Shown piece by piece: positions 60,470 to 64,000 of a stretch of DNA of 64,000 nt. The stretch is from contig JASMDC010000006.1 in the NCBI GenBank assembly GCA_030753015.1, forward strand, positions 80,563 through 144,562, in the 5' to 3' direction. The position numbers were made by a program, and so were the translations under genes. This stretch comes from Candidatus Undinarchaeales archaeon. Its GTDB lineage: Archaea; SpSt-1190; JASMDC01. Within the stretch, counting starts at the first letter, position 1, and each line of letters begins with the position of its first letter. The notes below the pieces were generated by a model, which was given only the letters and a program-made list of their open reading frames with translations, did no database searches and was not told where the DNA came from.

Positions 60470-61693
60470 ATGGTGTCGTACGACCTCGCCATCACCGGTG
60501 GACGCTGTCTTGTGGGTGGTCGTCTCGTACGCGCCGACATCTTCATCCGTGACGGCCGGATCGCCCGCATCGCCCGACGGTCCCTACCGGCCGACCGTGC
60601 AATAGATGCCAGGGACAGTATCTTGCTCCCCGGCCTCGTCGACCTCCACGTCCATCTACGGGACGGAGATCTTGCCCACAAAGAGACCTTCGCCACCGGC
60701 AGCGCAGCCTGTGCCCAGGGCGGCATTACAACCGCCGTGGACATGCCCAACAACGATCCTCCCACCGACACAATCGGAGCGCTCGAGGGGCGTGAGGCCG
60801 CTGCCGCTCGCTCCAGCCGTATAGATTTCCTTATCAATCCAGCCCTGCCGTTCCGCGGGGGACCCCCGCCCGACGTCCCCGCTTTCGGAGAGCTGTTCTG
60901 CTATCAGCATGGGACGGGAGCGCTGCTAGACACACCACCACCGCCAAAGAGCCTGCTGATGTTCCATGCCGAGTCCGATCGGACCGACGAGGGGGAACGT
61001 GAGTGCCTGCCGGACCTTCTGGCGGACCTGCACCGTCGCGAGCTTGCCAATCCCGTCCATCTCTGCCACATCTCCACGGCGGCCGGACTGGACGCCGTCC
61101 GCGCCAATCCCGGGGCCACATGCGAGGTCACCCCGCACCACCTATTGCTCACCACGAGACCGGAGGACCCTCTCTTTCGGGTCCGCCCCCCTCTCAGACG
61201 CTCTCATGATGTGACCGCTCTGTGGCAGGGAGTGACCGATGGCACGGTGACGACCATCGGTTCGGACCATGCTCCTCATTCGCGGGCCGAGAAGGAGAGC
61301 GGCGATCCGCCCTGCGGTATCCCCGGGGCCCCCACCATGCTCCCTCTCCTCTTCACAGCGTTCCTACGGCGCCGGCTGCCACTGGCGCTGCTCGCGCGCC
61401 TGACCTCCGAGAACCCGGCCCGGCTCCTCGGGCTCTACCCCGCGAAGGGGGCCCTGCGCGAGGGGAGCTTCGCCGACATGGTAGTGGTGCGCAAGGAAGA
61501 GGGGCGGATCCGGGCGGAGGACCTGTACACCATGGCGCGCTCGACGCCCTTCGATGGCCACAGGACAGCGGGGACGGTGGTGGCCACCGTCCGGCGCGGG
61601 GAGGTCATCTATCTTCATGATCATATAACCTCATCAGGAGGCGGACGAAATGTCAAAGGACTACTCAAGGAACTTCGGACGAAGAATGCGTGA
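60470..61693 (+). CDS. pyrC: Dihydroorotase
   Basis: PGLVDLHVHLR, GGITT..DMPN, HAE, HLCHIST, CEVTPHH, GSDHAPH, NPA. Confidence 0.93.
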   Translation: MVSYDLAITGGRCLVGGRLVRADIFIRDGRIARIARRSLPADRAIDARDSILLPGLVDLHVHLRDGDLAHKETFATGSAACAQGGITTAVDMPNNDPPTDTIGALEGREAAAARSSRIDFLINPALPFRGGPPPDVPAFGELFCYQHGTGALLDTPPPPKSLLMFHAESDRTDEGERECLPDLLADLHRRELANPVHLCHISTAAGLDAVRANPGATCEVTPHHLLLTTRPEDPLFRVRPPLRRSHDVTALWQGVTDGTVTTIGSDHAPHSRAEKESGDPPCGIPGAPTMLPLLFTAFLRRRLPLALLARLTSENPARLLGLYPAKGALREGSFADMVVVRKEEGRIRAEDLYTMARSTPFDGHRTAGTVVATVRRGEVIYLHDHITSSGGGRNVKGLLKELRTKNA

Positions 61694-62348
61694 CGCGATA
61701 CGGGAGCGGGGCAGTCGGGTGGCGCTCGCCTTGGACGTGCTCGACGAGCAGGAGGCCTATCGTGTGCTGGACGCGGTCCATCCACACCTGGCCGCAGTGA
61801 AGGTGAACTATCCCCTCTTCCTCTCCGTGGGCAGGGAGGCGGTCGGACGGATGATCGGACGCTATGACCTTCCATTCATCGGTGACTTCAAGATCGCTGA
61901 CATCGATGCCACCAACACGAAGATCTGTGAGATCATGTACGATGTCGGGTTCGACGCCCTCATAGCCCACAGCGTCGTGGGAAGGCAGGGGGCGCTGGAC
62001 GCTGTGCTCGACGCAGCAGCTCGCCATGGTCGGGGCGTCATCCTCGTGACCAGCATGTCCCATCCCGGTGCGAAGGAGTTCATGCCCCCTTACGAGGACA
62101 CGGCTCGGTTCGCCCGTGAGCTCGGTGTGGACGGTGTCATCGCCCCGGCGACCCGCACCGAGGAGGTGGCGGCCATCCGACGCATCGTTGGCGAGGACAT
62201 GCTCATCCTCTCACCCGGAGTGGGACCCCAGGGCGGAAAAGCCCAGGAGACGTTGGATGCCGGTGCCGACGCCCTCATCGTGGGCCGATCCATCTATTGC
62301 GCCGACGACCCGGAAACCGCGGCGCGACGGCTCGCGGAGGTGGTCTGA
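61650..62348 (+). CDS. pyrF: Orotidine 5'-phosphate decarboxylase
   Basis: LALD, VKV, DFKIADI..TN, MSHPGA, PATR, SPGVG.QGG, IVGRSIY; GGAGG RBS; overlaps pyrC by 44 nt. Confidence 0.95.
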   Translation: MSKDYSRNFGRRMRDAIRERGSRVALALDVLDEQEAYRVLDAVHPHLAAVKVNYPLFLSVGREAVGRMIGRYDLPFIGDFKIADIDATNTKICEIMYDVGFDALIAHSVVGRQGALDAVLDAAARHGRGVILVTSMSHPGAKEFMPPYEDTARFARELGVDGVIAPATRTEEVAAIRRIVGEDMLILSPGVGPQGGKAQETLDAGADALIVGRSIYCADDPETAARRLAEVV

Positions 62349-62887
62349 TGGCCGATATGCGAGAGCGTCTGGTCGGTCTCCTGCAGGAGCGTGAAGCACT
62401 GCTTTTCGGCGAGTTCACCCTCAGCTCCGGGCGGAAGAGCTCGTACTACATCGACCTGCGCAGGGGCCAGTCCTTCCCCGACATCGCCGCGTCGTTCGCC
62501 GACCTGGGCGCGGGGCTCGTCCAGGATGCGGGGCTCCGTTTCGACGCCGTGGTGGGCGTACCCCTTGGCGGTGTCCCGCCGGCAGTGTTGCTTAGCCAGC
62601 GTCTGGACATTCCCTTCGGCTACCTCCGCAAGGAGGCCAAGAAGCATGGTACCCGCAAGAGAGTGGAGGGCGTCGTTGGCGAGCGTGTCCTGGTCGTGGA
62701 CGACGTCCTCACCACGGGCGGCAGCCTCCGTGATGCCGTGAAAACCCTCATGGGTGAAGGGCTCGAGATCGCAGGTGTGCTCGTCCTTGTCGACCGCAAG
62801 GAGGGGGGACAGGAGAACCTCGAGGATTTGGGGGCCCCGGTCATCTCGGTGCTCACATGCGAGGACCTGCTGTCCGCCGAGGAGTGA
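62348..62887 (+). CDS. pyrE: Orotate phosphoribosyltransferase
   Basis: FGEFTLSSGRKSSYYID, RKEAKKHG, VVDDVLTTGGS, VDR.EGG. Confidence 0.96.
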   Translation: MADMRERLVGLLQEREALLFGEFTLSSGRKSSYYIDLRRGQSFPDIAASFADLGAGLVQDAGLRFDAVVGVPLGGVPPAVLLSQRLDIPFGYLRKEAKKHGTRKRVEGVVGERVLVVDDVLTTGGSLRDAVKTLMGEGLEIAGVLVLVDRKEGGQENLEDLGAPVISVLTCEDLLSAEE

Positions 62888-62921
62888 TCGTGATAACGTA
62901 GTTGGATTGTGAATACCTCGT

Positions 62922-62947
62922 GAGTACTAAAGCATGTTTTAGTACTC
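62922..62947. repeat. Perfect 10-bp inverted repeat GAGTACTAAA-gcatgt-TTTAGTACTC
   Basis: Read directly in the pyrE-MEMO1 intergenic region. Confidence 0.85.
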
Positions 62948-63053
62948 CTATAATCAACCTTGACTCGACACAGCGACCAGGGATGATTAGCGTCCCGACC
63001 GATACCAACCTTTTTCAAGCTTGGACCCCAATCTCCCTGAGCAGGGACCCGCC

Positions 63054-63893
63054 ATGGCAGAAGAGGTTAGACGTTCGGTCATCGCCGGCTCGTGGTACCC
63101 CGGTTCGGAAAAAGGTCTACACGCGGCGCTGGACGAGTACTTCGATAATGTTGATACGATAGGGAGGAATGTAGATGATCCCATCGCCCTCATCAGCCCA
63201 CACGCGGGCTATTCCTTCTCGGGACCCACGGCCGCCTATGCCTATCACACGCTGAAGGGGAAGAGCTACGATGCCGTCGTGATACTTTCACCCCTCCACA
63301 GACTACCTCTCGGCAGGTACGTGGTGACCAAGGCCCGGGCCTACGAGACACCACTGGGAGAGGTACACGTCGACCAGGAACTGGTCGAAACGCTGGAGAA
63401 GGAGATACCCATCAACCGCTCAGGGTATGACGGCGAGCACTCGCTCGAGATCCAGCTACCTTTACTCCAGTACGTGCTCGGGAACGTGCCCATCCTCCCT
63501 GTGATGCTCGGTACAAGCTCCCTGGACGAGGGCGCCGAGCTGGGCAAGGTCCTGGCGAAGGTGCTCGACGACCGTAATGCCCTCATCGTGGCCAGCTCCG
63601 ACCTCCATCATATAGAGGACTTCGAGGAGGTGGCGACACGCGACAGGAAGGTCACCGACGCTCTCGCTTCCTTTGACATGGCACGTATCAGGGAATCGCT
63701 CTCGCCACCTGACTGCTCGGTGTGCGGTAAGGTGCCCATCATGGCAGCGCTCACCGCCGCTAGAGAGCTCGGGGCCGACACCATCGATGTGCTGAGCTAT
63801 ACAAACTCAGCCGAGGTAACCGGCCAGAAAATAATCGGACAGTACACAGTTGGATACTGTGCTGCGGCGGCGTACAGGAAGGGCGGGGCATAG
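63054..63893 (+). CDS. amrB: MEMO1 family / AmmeMemoRadiSam system protein B
   Basis: AGSWYP, PHAGYSFSG, SP.H, TPLG, EHSLEIQLP, ASSDL.H, CG..P, YTVGY. Confidence 0.92.
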   Translation: MAEEVRRSVIAGSWYPGSEKGLHAALDEYFDNVDTIGRNVDDPIALISPHAGYSFSGPTAAYAYHTLKGKSYDAVVILSPLHRLPLGRYVVTKARAYETPLGEVHVDQELVETLEKEIPINRSGYDGEHSLEIQLPLLQYVLGNVPILPVMLGTSSLDEGAELGKVLAKVLDDRNALIVASSDLHHIEDFEEVATRDRKVTDALASFDMARIRESLSPPDCSVCGKVPIMAALTAARELGADTIDVLSYTNSAEVTGQKIIGQYTVGYCAAAAYRKGGA

Positions 63894-63921
63894 GCCTCCG
63901 CCCTTCCAAGTGACACCGGAA

Positions 63922-64000
63922 TCACACGACCTGGTGCGATACCTTGAATCCGCTGGGCAGGTTCAGACCAATGATGATGCGCTGGTCCTTCACATCCCCG
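63922..64000 (-). CDS. 3' end of an unidentified CDS running off the right edge
   Basis: Open frame ...GDVKDQRIIIGLNLPSGFKVSHQVV-stop, convergent with amrB, with codon usage like the other genes. Confidence 0.4.
   Translation of the reverse strand, partial: GDVKDQRIIIGLNLPSGFKVSHQVV

Overview
GC-rich archaeal chromosomal window, probably from an anaerobic Euryarchaeota-like organism; the lineage cannot be fixed from sequence alone. Archaeal markers are the cdhABC-cooC-cdhDE cluster, A/V-type ATP synthase, GGGP/DGGGP synthases, rpl40e, tsr3, and TATA boxes about 25 nt upstream of apparently leaderless starts. Left to right: ACDS (CODH/ACS) operon with cdhE cut by the left edge; a divergent Gfo/Idh/MocA oxidoreductase; a CBS protein; a complete atpHIKECFABD operon with a Na+-type 4-helix proteolipid; two glutamate dehydrogenase genes; a coupled five-gene redox operon (NuoE/NuoF/NuoG-like Bfu-type trio plus NfnAB); an orphan PPDK_N-type ATP-grasp protein; glycan-modification genes; xdhC; mtnA; tRNA-Thr(CGT); tdh-kbl; lipid and ribosome genes bracketed by two inverted copies of a membrane-protein cassette; gpmA; pyrBIDKCFE; and a MEMO1/AmmeMemoRadiSam-B gene. 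The best candidate for an undescribed system is 18.3-30.8 kb. It combines a GDH lacking its catalytic Lys, an intact NADP-GDH, a Bfu-type bifurcating core whose large subunit has no Mo or H-cluster site and is co-encoded with a second (NfnAB) bifurcating module, and an uncharacterised dikinase-like protein. Other oddities are a duplicated GT-C-like cassette, a CDS whose stop codon lies in the tRNA anticodon loop, several enzymes missing canonical catalytic lysines, a ThiF C-terminal remnant facing a ubiquitin-like gene, and small ORFs with promoter-like boxes. No CRISPR array, rRNA, transposase or integrase was seen. All product calls rest on motif recognition by eye; no database searches were run.
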